Source: Neovahlkampfia damariscottae (lineage: Eukaryota). Taken from it: 64,000 nucleotides of DNA. The DNA is taken from the NCBI GenBank assembly GCA_016618085.1, contig JABLTG010000013.1:62001-126000 (forward strand), written 5' to 3'. Shown here piece after piece: positions 24,707 to 37,251 of the stretch. Position 1 is the stretch's first letter. Each line of letters begins with the position of its first letter. The translations under genes and the position numbers were made by a program. The notes below the pieces were generated by a model. That model was not told the origin of the DNA, searched no databases, and was given only the letters and a program-made list of their open reading frames with translations.

Positions 24707-26106
24707 TTATTGTAAGTATTTTAAAAATGAATGTAATAAAGAAGATAATGAATTTGGATACTTTTCATAAAAATACATAATTGAACCCATTGATAACATA
24801 AATAAATAAACTTCACCATTTTTAACTCCAGATAACCATTTTTTTTCAGTCATGATTAAATATAAAGAATCAATTGCTCTTGGTAATGTATATAATGCTA
24901 ATTCAGATCTTCTTGATTTCTTTTCAATAAAAATACTTGATGAACAAACAAGTCCTGCAATGAAATAAATGAATCTATTATCTTTGGTGACAACTTTTCG
25001 GTGTAAACAAATAACTGTCATATAGAGTGCTACAAAAGCTGATAAAAATGAAACTGATCTAATGATATTAACTCCTGTTTCTTTTGCAATTGTCAATGGT
25101 TCTTTGATTAATTTTTTTAATCGAAAAATAACAACAGGTACACATACAAGTGAACTATATAAAGGTAAAATTTTACGTGCTGTATCTAAAAAAACTGAAA
25201 TATTGTGCTTCACACAACTTGAATTTTGTGGATGAAGAATATCACATCCAACAATTTTGGCATGTGGATCAATTAATGGTGCAAAAATTCCTTGTTTTTT
25301 AAAAAAGTTTACAATTTCCTCTCCATTCACAACCATATTTCTATTTGTGTCTTTGACCACTTTTAACACCGGAGCAACAATTGGACCTTACAAAAAAAAA
25401 TGTTAAATGTTAAATGTTAAATTACCTGTGTTTGTGATGAATTTACTGTAGGAAATTGGTAAAGTATTTGGTTTCATCACCCAACTGTACATAATTTGAG
25501 CTGATGACAAAATGAATAAAATAGAGTCTCCATGTGTATACTCATCAGTAAACTATAAAGTTGATTTAAAAAAAACAAGTAAATTACTGGAAGATATTTC
25601 AGTTCTTTTGCTGTATTATAAGCACATTGAAACACTCTTGCAAGTAAATATAAAGCCATAGTTCTTTGACTTGATTGTTCCTGAAAAATCAAAGAAGAAC
25701 TTGCCAAACTACCAGCAATAAAAGAATGTAATCCTGATTTTGAATCTCTGTATTTATCAAGTAACAATTTGATTAATGAAAATAAACCTGAAAATCCGCC
25801 AAGAAATAATCCAATACGAACTGCTTCTTCTCGAACTATTAATTTTTTTTCTGAAACTAATTCTGCGACTGTGAAAACTTTTTTGATTTTTCCTCCTTTT
25901 AATAATGAAAATATTCTGACAAGTAATGAAAGTACGGAACGTGATCCATACCCAATGTAAAAACCATTTAAGAATTTTTGTAAAGAATATTTGAGAATTT
26001 CTTTGAGTGAAGATTTTTTTGGGTCTGGTCTTTCATCTATGGGTGATTGTGGTGATTCTATTTTTTTGTTGTTTGGGATGTTGTTGGTGTCTACACTCAC
26101 ACTCAT
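24707..26106 (-). CDS. TMEM135: TMEM135/PMP52-like membrane protein
   Basis: SFIAGSLASSSL, MALYLLAR, CDILHP..SC, RSVSFLSAFV, IEKKSRRSELALYTLPRAIDS. Confidence 0.85.
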
Positions 26107-26252
26107 TTTTATATGTTTCCAACAGTTATAATCGACCAATCAAAATTCTGGAAGCATTTGATAAATAATTTGTCATTTAAAGTTCTTTTTAGAAGGTTAT
26201 TTTAATTTCACTTTTTCTAAATTGACCATCCAATAGAAATTTCTTTGTTCAA

Positions 26253-27247
26253 ATGTTGAGGCTTGAAACTGAATTTGTTGTTTCTGATTTAAGCTTTTCA
26301 AAATGGGATCCAAAAGGTCTATTATCAATATGTTGTGAAACTGTACAAACAAAATAGTAAAAAACAAAAAAAATTAAAAAAAAAAAAGTGCTGGACAATT
26401 GACCTACTACAGACAAGATTCTGTCGGACAATTAGAAGAATTACAATCTGTAGGATTATCAGTAGGTGGAACATCAGTCAAAGAATCATCTAAATATCAA
26501 TCTTTCATATATACATCACACACAGATCCTACATTAAGACTATGGACATTAAATGATTTAAGAAAACCTATAAAACGATATAATTACCATAGTATGAGTG
26601 TAGAAGAGATAAATACATCACCATTTGATGGTGAAGAATTTGTTTCATGTAGTAAAGATTCAACATTTGCAATTTGGACAATGACTGAATCTGAACCAAT
26701 TTTTTCAAGTGCAAATAAATCATCATTTCCAGTAATGTCGGCACAATACCATCCTCAAAATTCATCATTATTACTAGTAGCACCATTAGATTCAAAAATA
26801 GAACTGTGGAATAATGAAGAAAAGAGAAAAGTTTATTCAATGAATCCTGCAGATGATATTTTATTTTCTTCAATGGCAACAAGTCCATATAATGAATTTT
26901 GGTTAACTGTAGCAGATGAAAATGGTAAAGTTTATTTATGGGATTTAAGAAGATTGAAAAAACCAATGACAAAATGGCAATCTCATGGTCTATCGATTCC
27001 ACAAATCAAATTTAATCCACATGACGAAAATTTATTAGGAACAATTGGAACTGATTCATATTTTCATTTATGGTATTTGAATTCAAAAACACCACAATGT
27101 CTAAAATCATTTAAAACTCATCATTTACCAATAACATCATTTGATTGGAGTTTACATGATTTTGGATTATTATGTGATTCAAGTTCTGATTATTCAATTT
27201 GTATGTGGAATTTCATTCAAGAACCTTCAAATAAAAGTAAACTCTAA
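26253..27247 (+). CDS. PEX7-like WD40 protein ending in SKL
   Basis: ATG 26253, intron 26357-26388; WD repeats collinear with PEX7 (YNEFWLTV, LWDLRRLKKP, HGLSIPQIKFNPH, HHLPITSFDWSL, LLCDSSSD). Confidence 0.65.
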
Positions 27248-28928
27248 AAATAATTTTTTTGATCAACTATTGGTGTTTCAATATCATCTTCAAAAAAATC
27301 ATCTTCTTCTTCTTCTTCAGACTCTTGACACATCATTTCATATTCATTTTTAGCAAATCTATTCCAAAATGAAATTTCATTTGAATCCATTTGAAGTGGA
27401 TCTCTTTGTTCATATAACATGAATTTGTTATAATTACAAAATGTATTGAAGAATAAATAAACAAGTCTTGATGTTTTTAAATCATTTAAAGTGAAAAGTG
27501 GTTTCTTTTTTGGTTTTATAATATCATATAATTGATCAATGATGAATTCAAATGATACAGGTTCATCTTCTTCCATTCGAAGTAATTGATATTGATAAAA
27601 AGACTCTAATTCATAATGTGATAGAACACCATCACCATCTAAATCTAAACATCGGAAAAAATATTCAATTGAAGTTTTAGATGTCTTATCTTCTTCACTT
27701 AGAATAAACCCTATTTTAAAAATTGATTAATTTTTTGTTAAATTATCTACAGATGAAATCTTCATAATTCAATTTATTTTCAACTTCTGATTTTGGTTTC
27801 CTACCATATCCTTCAATAACTCGTTCAACTATCAATGGATTTAATGAATAATTATCATAATATTGCAAATCCTTTGTTTTTTTAGTATTGATTTTTGAGT
27901 TTACTTCTGCAGAGATTAAAGAATCCTTATCTTCATCTAATTCCCAAAATTTACAATAAATAACATAAAAATGTTCATATGAAAAAAAATTCAATTCCTA
28001 TTTTAAAATATATAAATTTCTTTTTTTTCTTACACTATTAATATCAATCAATCCATCAAGTTCTTTGAAAACTTTTAACAATTCACTTTTTTTAAATTCT
28101 CCGAGTGTCATTTTTTCAGATTTATTTTGATTAACAGTATAAAAAATACGAACAATAACCGTTTCTGCGTATCTACTTTTGAAATTTGGGTCTTTTAAGA
28201 AATCTAATCCAGGATGAAATTCTAATAGGTCTTGATGAAGAGTTAATTGTTTTTTTATGTATTTACCATGTAAAATAGGTTCAAAATCTTTTGGTCTTAT
28301 ACATTTTTGATCATTTGATTTGATTGAATTAAATAAACGTGTATTTTCGTCCTTTCCAAGAATGTTTGTTTTCCAAAACTCTGTAAAAGTGTCAAAAGAG
28401 ACTATTTCATTATTTTGAAGTTTTGAAAATAGTCTTCCATTTAAATATTTTGATAATCCACAGACATTTGTTGTTATCAATTTAAACTGTTCCAAGTTGA
28501 CCCCTTTGTATGAAATTCTCATAAAGTACTCGGTAATTTTTAACTGAAAAGAGATTTTAGTAATTTTTTTAGATTTACAAGTTCTTCTTTCATCTCATTT
28601 TCGTTAATATCAAAGTTGTAAAATTTTGGAATTTGTTCAAACAGCTTTGCCAAAGAAGATTAATTTTTTTTTTTTTTACTTTTTTCTTTGCTGGTAAATC
28701 ACGATTTTTTGTCATTGGTTTTCTAAAAGGTGACTTTGGTAAAGGACTATGCATTTTTGGCTTGTCAAAATGTAGATTTTGTTTTTCTTGTTCGACTTCT
28801 GTTTTTGAAGGTTTTCTTGGTGAAAATACTTTATAGTCAAATTCATCGATGAGTATTTTTGGTTTTTTTTGTTCTGGACGGAATTTTGGTGAGAAGTTTA
28901 AGTCCTCTTCACTTTTTTCTCTTTGCAT
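27244..28928 (-). CDS. Protein phosphatase 2A regulatory subunit B'' (EF-hand), multi-exon
   Basis: HPGLDFL, RYAETVIVRIFY, FSYEHFYVIYCKFWELD, FFNTFCNYNKF, WNRFAKNEYE. Confidence 0.92.
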
Positions 28929-29203
28929 TGAGTAGATAATTTGATTGGTTCAATAATCCCTTCTATGACTCATTATTATTAATTTCGTCATGAATCAAAA
29001 ACAAATGAAGCAACATCAATGCCAATCTACAAAAAATATTTAAGTCAATCCAAAGAGATCTTCAAAGGATTCAAGTTTTTTGGAAAACAGCAGTCACAAC
29101 AAACATGTTTTGTTGGTTACAATGGAATTCCACACTAATTTTTCTGAGAAACATTCAACAAAACTAGTGAGAAATTATCCAATCATCTACTTTTAGAAAA
29201 CAA

Positions 29204-32109
29204 ATGCACACAGTTCAACCTTTGCTTCATATATTTGGTCATGGTTGTTTACTACTACCAAATATTATTCTCTTATTATCTTTAGTTTGTTTTTTTCATG
29301 TTTGGTACATATTATGGCCTGTACTAGGACACTGTTCATTTTATGTGCCTTGCATGGTCGGATTGTCAATTCCTTATTGTTTGGCAATCTTCACACATTT
29401 TACATTATGGTGTTTATCACAGTCACTTTGTTGTATTTTTTCTTGTCGAAAAATACAACAAAAAAAACAAACCCCTGAAAAAGAAACCTTGATCAAAAAA
29501 GAAGATGAATTTGATGTTATATCACCATTGATAAATGTTGGAGTTATAATGATAAATTTCCTAATTGTTGTTTCAATTTTAATTGAAGTTTTTATTATTA
29601 TCATTGGAATTGTTTCAGTTTTTCTGAGTGTTTTCACACAACCAGGAAAATATAATGGTCATCAAACTATTTCTGGAATAGATAATGATATTAAAATAAT
29701 AAGGAATTCATATGGCCACATTCATGTGAAAGCCAAAACAAAAAAAGTAATCAAACAAAAATTTTTTGAAACTTCATAGGACATGTTCTTTGGACAAGGA
29801 TTTGCCCAAGCACAAGAAAGAATATTTCAAATGGAACTAGGTAAAAGGTTGGCAACAGGAAAATTATCAGAAATTCTTGGAAGTTCAGCTTTATCAACAG
29901 ATGAACACAACAGGTAAATTTTAAAAGTGTTAAAAGTCTTCAGAGCAATTGGATTTCTTAAATATGGAAAAATAAATGAAAAAAATATGAGCCCTGTTTA
30001 CAGAGAATATATTAACAGCTTTGTTAAAGGAATCAATTCTTACATTGACAGCAATTCATTGAATTATCCCATTGAATTCAAAATGTTAAATATTGTTCCT
30101 TCGAAATGGACTATTGATGAAGTTGCTGCATTTTCTTTGTGGGTTGGAAATTCACAATCTACTAATTATGGTGTAGAAATGGAGAGATTAAATTGGCTCA
30201 TTAATGTAGGTTTAAAACCAGAGAGAATTGAACAATATTTTTCTTCACCCGAACATTCAAAAGTTACAATTCTAAATTCAAATCATTTAAACTCCTTGAA
30301 TTTGAAAATGACTAAAAACGAAACTGAATTGCTTGCAAAAAGCATTAAAAAAGAATTCGAATTTTTAAAGGAATTCCAAACTAAATACAAAACTAAGAAT
30401 GGAATTCATGTTCCTTATGAAGAGGAAATGTTATTCAAACCAGAATACGAAAACTTCAATTCAAATAATTTTGCCATTTCTGGAAATTTGACAAAATCTG
30501 GAAAAGCAATTGTTGAAAGTGATCCTCATACATCATTGGCAGCACCGAATTTTTATTTTACAATGCATTTAGAAACTGAAAATTCTTATAATGCACAAGG
30601 AGCAACAATAGCAGGAATTCCATCTGTTATTATTGGAAAAAATGATTTTATTTCTTGGGGTGCCACAAATCCATTAGTTGATACAGTAGATCTATTTTTG
30701 GTGGAAACTAATACAAATCAATCTCATTACTATCGAAATAATGAATGGATAAAATTTGAAACTAGAGAAGAAACGTTTAACATCAAAGATGCTCCAACAG
30801 TTCGTTTTTCATTTTTCTAAAATTTGAAGCTAACAAAAACAATCAAAGAAACAGTTTACGGTTCAATTATCAATAATAATATTTTAAAGAATTCAACGTT
30901 ATTGACAGCATTCAGTTCTTCTTTGTTACTGGACAATAACACATCGTAAGATTTTTTATCTGACTTAAAATTAGATTTGAATCATTCATTGAACTTGGTG
31001 AATCAAAAAATTGGGACAACTTTACAAATGCTTTGAGAAAATACACATTTGCACCAATTAGTTTCGTTTATGGTGATATTGAAGGTAATATTGGTTATTA
31101 TGTTCCCGGAAGATTACCAATCAGATCATTTGGTCATTCTGGAAGATATCCGACTTTTGGAAATGGTTCTTATGATTGGAATGGTTTTGTACCTTTTGAA
31201 GAACTACCACATATTTATAATCCCCCAGAAGGATTTGTGATAACAGCCAATAACAAAATAGCTCCAAACAGTTATAAACATCAATTGTCTTATTATTATG
31301 CTCCTGGATATCGTGCCACAAGAATTTCTGAAATGATCAAATCTCTTGGGAATCAAATCACTGTCGATGATGTTTTAAAGATTCAGTTGGATGAGTATGC
31401 AACGGATTTTTATGATTACAAACCTATATTTTCCAAAATGAATATTACCAATTCCTATCATTCAAAATGGTTGAATAAGTTATTGAAATGGAATGGAAAT
31501 TCAAAAGCAGATGTAAAATCAACAGAGGCTACTGTATATTTTTTTTGGTATCGTTGTTACAGAAGGGTTCATGAAAAAGAAGCATCTCATTCTAGAGTCG
31601 CAATGGAACCTTTTTTGAAATATACTTTAACCAATGGAACAAATTTTTGTCCTGTTAATATTCAATGCTTCAAATTTGCAGAAGATTGTCTTATTTCAAC
31701 ATTGGACAAATTGAATTTAGAACAAAATAATTACCGTTGGGGTGTTGATGTTCATGGACAATCATTTTCAAACCAAATATTTGAAATGTTGAAAATTCCA
31801 TGTTTAGGAAGTAGAAGATCACTACGCGGAGGTAATTCATATTCTGTAAATACTGCTTGGCATGTTGATCCTGTGTATAACTCCGTCACAAAAAAATATG
31901 AAATTGAAAATAATTATGGATCAGCTTATCGACACGTTGCTCACTTGGGTGAAAATGATTCAAAATTTGTATTAGGAATGGGACAATCTGGGAATATTTT
32001 CAGTAAGAATTATGATGATCTTGTTGAGCCATGGAGAAAAGGGGATTTTTTTAAAATGGAAAAAGAAATGAGCAATCCAAAACATGTATTAATTTTAAAA
32101 AAAAGATAA
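29204..32109 (+). CDS. Penicillin acylase family (peptidase S45, Ntn-hydrolase) with N-terminal TM segments, multi-exon
   Basis: IIRNSYGHIHVKA, FGQGFAQAQERIFQME, nucleophile NSNNFAISG..TKSGKAIVESDPH, YGDIEGNIGY, PEGFVITANN, GQSGNIFSKNYDD. Confidence 0.9.
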
Positions 32110-32176
32110 GGAAGAATATTTTTAAATGAAGAGTTTATCATCCAATTTCTTCAGTGTTGGTTCTGATTGGTAAAAA

Positions 32177-32800
32177 ATGTTTGTTGAGAAATACTTGCCT
32201 GATGAAGATGAGGAAGCTCAAATTCAAAATATTTGGAAAAAAGAGATTGGATACTATTCACAAATCTATTCTACACAATATTTTCAATTTTTTCATTCAA
32301 TTTATATTTACATCATTATTGGAGTGATTCTTCAACAACAAAAGTTTAAACTATTTTTTACTGTTGTTTTTTTTTCAATTTTATATATTTTAATGATAAA
32401 ATACTATATTATTTACTCATTTAATAATTTGTTGGAGTCAGAAATCGATATGAAAAATATCCGAGAGTTTTATTTGTCTACAAAAAAAAACAACTTTTTT
32501 GTGCTCAAAAATGAAAAAGAAGCCATTTTTGGATTCATTGCCTTGGAAGCAAAATCAAAAGATAAATTGGAAATTAAACGATTTATCGTTGAAAAAACTC
32601 AAAATAATGAAAACTTAGAGAAATTATTTGAAAAAGCGAAACAATTTGCAGAGGAAATTAAAATGAAGAAAATGGTGTTGACTTGTTCAAGTTATGAAAA
32701 ATCTCTAATTGATTTTTGTTCAAAAAAGAAATTTCAATTGAAAAACACACAGAAAATTAAACAAATAGAAAGTTATGATTTTGAATTTGAATTAAATTGA
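32177..32800 (+). CDS. GNAT-fold protein, NAT8/camello-like
   Basis: Hydrophobic insertion followed by FFVL..IFGFIAL..LEIKRFIV, MVLTCS; acetyl-CoA motif degenerate. Confidence 0.55.
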   Translation: MFVEKYLPDEDEEAQIQNIWKKEIGYYSQIYSTQYFQFFHSIYIYIIIGVILQQQKFKLFFTVVFFSILYILMIKYYIIYSFNNLLESEIDMKNIREFYLSTKKNNFFVLKNEKEAIFGFIALEAKSKDKLEIKRFIVEKTQNNENLEKLFEKAKQFAEEIKMKKMVLTCSSYEKSLIDFCSKKKFQLKNTQKIKQIESYDFEFELN

Positions 32801-32942
32801 TGAAATTAATACGTCATCAATTGATAGAATTTCGGAAATAAACCAAATAAAAGATGACCTCCAAGTTTCTAAAGTACTTCCAATCTGCACAGATTCCACC
32901 AATCAAATCACACTACCTCAACAAAAACATACAAACACTGGA

Positions 32943-33284
32943 ATGTCAAGTATATCAATACTGTCAAAAAAACAATCAAGAATTTTAAAAGGAAAAGAAA
33001 AATATAATCAAATTCAAAAAAACTGGTTAGAATTACAAGAATACGAGACAAGTTTAGATGAAGAAATTTTTAAAGACCAAGATGTTCAAGAATGTGTTAA
33101 AATAACATCAAAAAATACAAACCAAATCGAATATACTATAGATGATCGATACGTGAGACAATTATTAAGTACAGAACAAAATCCAGAATTTCCTGTACCT
33201 GTGCCTTTGAATTTAGTTATAACAGTTTTAGATGAGATATGGGATGATGAAGGAGGTACTTGTAGAACATGTATACTTTTATAA
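32943..33284 (+). CDS. Small hypothetical protein with C-terminal CaaX (CILL)
   Basis: 113-aa ORF after a CCAAT box; ends TCRTCILL. Confidence 0.55.
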   Translation: MSSISILSKKQSRILKGKEKYNQIQKNWLELQEYETSLDEEIFKDQDVQECVKITSKNTNQIEYTIDDRYVRQLLSTEQNPEFPVPVPLNLVITVLDEIWDDEGGTCRTCILL

Positions 33285-33289
33285 AAAAT

Positions 33290-34364
33290 TTAATCTTTAC
33301 AAATGGTTTCAACTTTTTGAAAAATTTCTAATTTTGTTTTTCTGCTGTATTTTCTTTTCAAAGCTCCATTTGCTTCACAACCAACATTCACATACTTTTC
33401 TAAAACTTTTCTTAAAAAGTTCTTACAATTTTCCAATTGGTCACTTTTATACATTGTGTAATGAGCAGACATGTTGGACCAATTTTTTTTTCTTAAAAGC
33501 AATTGACTTAAATGAATTGAACTTGCACAAATTTCTGAAGGTTTGAATTGATAAGCTTCTGGATGTAATAGTGATAAATCCATTAAAAAACAACTTAAGA
33601 TTTGAACACCATTATCAGCACGAGTGACTTTATGAAATCTATCAGCAAAAGTATTTACAGATGTAATTGTTATATTGAAGTTTAATTTCGTGAGAATATT
33701 AAATTCCATTTTTTTTAATTGATCTTCAGTGTAAGCTTCGCAACAAAGTCTAACATAAGCAGCAAGTCTTGGACATTGAATTTCTTGATATTTACAAGCA
33801 ATCATCATTGCAGCTAAACCAACAAGTTGAACTTTTTTGTATGAAACAACTTCTTTTGACAAATAACGATCTAAAAGGTTGATTGTAAGGAATAATGTTT
33901 CTCTGTTCAACTTATAACGATCATTTACTTCAATTAACCAGTCAACTAAAACAGCTCTTGTGTCATAAGTAACTTCTTGTTGAATGAACATAAAATCTGT
34001 TGGAGGTAAATGTTCACACTTTCGAAAAATAAGTTTAGTATTAATATCTTACTTCTGTTGCTCTTAAATTTTCAAGAATTGGTTTAATATATTCTGTTAC
34101 AGCTTGTGGATCATGTTCATCAAGTTTATCAATTCCTGGACTGATGACTTTTGGTGATGATCTTAAACTGGCTCTGAAACTTCTTTTCATTTCTGGTGTT
34201 ACAGGTGTTTCTTTTTTGTGGTTGTTGGAAAGGTCTTGAAGAACTAATCTTTGTTCTTTGTCTTTTATTGTTTCCTTAGGTTTTGTGTCTTTTAAGGATA
34301 AATTATCAAAATTTTTGAGCACATTATTTTCATTTCTTGTTGATGGTCTTTGTTCGTACTCCAT
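33290..34364 (-). CDS. Mitotic cyclin (A/B type)
   Basis: D-box-like RLVLQDLSN, DPQAVTEY, RAVLVDWLIEV, ETLFLTINLLDRYL, QLVGLAAMMIACKYQEI. Confidence 0.92.
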
Positions 34365-34568
34365 TTTTCTGTTTTGGTGTTTCCAAAAAAAAAGCGCCAA
34401 TTATATTGCTGCCGTTACGTAAATTCATTGGTCGAATAATCAACCAATGAACTGTGATCAAAAAAATTTATATTTTATTTTCTGTTATTTCATTATTTTA
34501 TTGTTTTTTGGACATTTATTTTTCGTCGCATGCTATTGGTTCTTGACAATACAATTCTGAAGAATTCA

Positions 34569-35253
34569 ATGCTTCTTCGTTCACCACGAAAAAAAACTCA
34601 AGTACGAACGATTTCTGTGATAGGTTCAAAGGACTCAGGCCATGGTATTTAAAAAAAAAAAAACTCATTAATAATATTCCAAGACACTGTTTTGATGATG
34701 CTTTCAGGTGATGTTACAAAATCCCAAACTTTTGACCCAACAAAAACAACAGCTTGTAAGACGATTCTATTTTAAACTTTAAGTCTCAAAAGAGATGGTT
34801 TCCAAAGATGAAAAATTTGAAGTTTTTTTTGAACCCATCACAACTGATATTGAAGATTCTTTCGACCAGATAAAACTTAATAAATCCAATGGCTTCATGT
34901 TTGTGTTCAATAAAAAATCAAAAAATTCATTTGAAGAATTTGAAAAATATGTCCAAGTAGTCGAGAGAGCAAAAGATGAAGAAAAATTTCCTGCTTTAGT
35001 AATTTCAACGATTAAAAATGAAAATAAAGAAACTGAAATTGACGTGAATGATATAATTGAATCAAAATTTCCAAATTTTTCGTTATGTGAAATAACATTT
35101 GAAAAATCATTGGACAAAAAAAATCAGCAGCTAGAAGACAATTTGAAAAAGCTTCTACTACAAATCAACTTCATGGGAAAGAAAAAAAAAAAGAAATCTG
35201 GTAATTTCTTGACAAGTTATTCCGATACAAATGAAGAAGATTTATTAAAATAG
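34569..35253 (+). CDS. Divergent Ras-superfamily GTPase-like protein (multi-exon)
   Basis: ISVIGSKDSGH (degenerate P-loop), FDPT, GFMFVFN..SKNSFEE, polybasic C-terminus. Confidence 0.5.
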
Positions 35254-35521
35254 AAAAAAGATGACTCTTAATTCAAAAAATGAATAAATACATTCAAAGA
35301 TAAACTTAATCTAAACTCACAGCCAACGAATCATCTGATTAGGATAAGATAAAAAAAAACATCATGCAAATCTGAATACCAACAGCTCAAAGTTCTTTTG
35401 GGTTTCAAAGATACTTTTATATCTCTGTATTCATGTATTCTTTCCTTTTGTTATTTGTATGGAAAATTCGCATTTTAATTTCGACCAATAGAATCAGCTT
35501 CTAACTCGAAAAGAAAAGCAA

Positions 35522-37248
35522 ATGGTGAAGGAAAAAAAAAAAAAGAAAACAAATAAATTCGAACCATTAGGTCCTGAAAAAATGGATGATTTAGATGAAG
35601 AGATTCAACAAAAAATAGAAACAAAAGAAAAACCTTCATATCCAATTTTAAAAGAGTTAAAAGATATTCGTGGCGATGTTCGACAACAAGCATGCATGTC
35701 AATTTCAAATATGGTTTTTGACGATGAACATACATTAAATGAATTGATTTCATGCGGAGCTATACATAAAGTATGTCAGTTGTTATGTGATCCTGATAAA
35801 ACTGTCAGAACAAGTGCTGCTGGTGCTTTAAGAAATACAATAATAGCTGGTGATTTTGAAGTTACAGATAAATTGATTTCAAATGATATTATGACTCCAT
35901 TGTTGACTGCGTTCAAACAAAGTTTAGAATTTTTACAAAAAGGACAAGAGGTGGAAGAAGCTTTTTCAAATGTATCACAAATTATTTTCGTCATTTCTTT
36001 TTTATGTGAAAATAGTGAAGTTGGTACTGATATTGTTTCAAATTATGACAATATTATTGAAATGTTTTTTTCGTTAATTTTCCATCAAAAAATAGAACAA
36101 GATTTATTGGTCGCCACATTTCAATGTTTATTGGTTATTTCAGATGAAAATGAAAAATTCTCAAAAAAGTTTCAAAAATTTCCAAATTCATTTGATTTAC
36201 TTGGAAAAGTATTTACCAATGAAAAAACACCAAATTTTTGTAAGAGTTTAATTTCTGGAATTTTATTAAATTTAACAAATGAAAAAGAAAAAATGAAAGT
36301 AATTTCATTAATTTCACCATTTTTATTTGATAATTTAAAATTCAATTCATTTGAATCTTTATCTTCCATCTTTCAAATTTTGAATTCAAAAGATAAAGAA
36401 GGTGTTGAAAAGACTGAAATTGAAGAATACAAAAATTGGAAAAATTTATCATTATCACAAAAATTATCCATTGAATTATTCTCTGATATGAATTCATACA
36501 TTGAAGGAGATACAAATGAAAAAATTGTATTGATCCAAAATTTATTGGAATTATCAAAAACCATCAATGAAAATTTAGAAAAAAATCAAGTTTTGAATTC
36601 ACTTCCTCTTATAAAAGATGATTTAAATTTAATTTTTTCAATTTTACAAAATTCAATTATTTGTATTGAAAGTATTACTCTTTCAGTTTCAAACAATTTT
36701 TTTAAAAATTTTGATTCAAATTTTTTATTAAATTTTGTATTTAGTTTATTTGAAAAAAGGAATGATGAATTGACTGAAAATTTAACAGGTATTATTTGGG
36801 CTCTTTCTGGAAATCAAATTCAATTGACAACCCAACAAGTTGAAATTATTGGTAAATTCTCATTTTCATCAAATGAAACAATAAGAGTAAATGCATTAGG
36901 TAAATAAAAAAAATACATTCATTTCAAACAGGTATTTTAGGTGAAATTGGACAATTGAACCATACAAAAGATCAAAATCTTTCATTGTTAAAAATATTCT
37001 ATTCCAAATTATCAGATACATCAATGAAAGTAGTTTGTCAAAGTTTAAACTCCATTTTTGATACTTATAAAGATTCAAATTGGAATCAAAATTTATCTGA
37101 ATTTTCATTCATTGAAAAGATGATTCAATTCTTGGAAAAATTCAAAAACGTAAAAAATTTTCAAAATGAAGAAGAGGTTGAAATCTATCAAGAAACTCTA
37201 ATGAATTTATTTGAATTCATAAAATACAAAAAAAATGAAATGAAATAA
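35522..37248 (+). CDS. ARM/HEAT repeat protein, HEATR3/Syo1-like
   Basis: Basic N-terminus KKKKTNKFEP, LLCDPDKTVRTSAAGALRN, DIMTPLL. Confidence 0.7.
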
Positions 37249-37251
37249 ATT

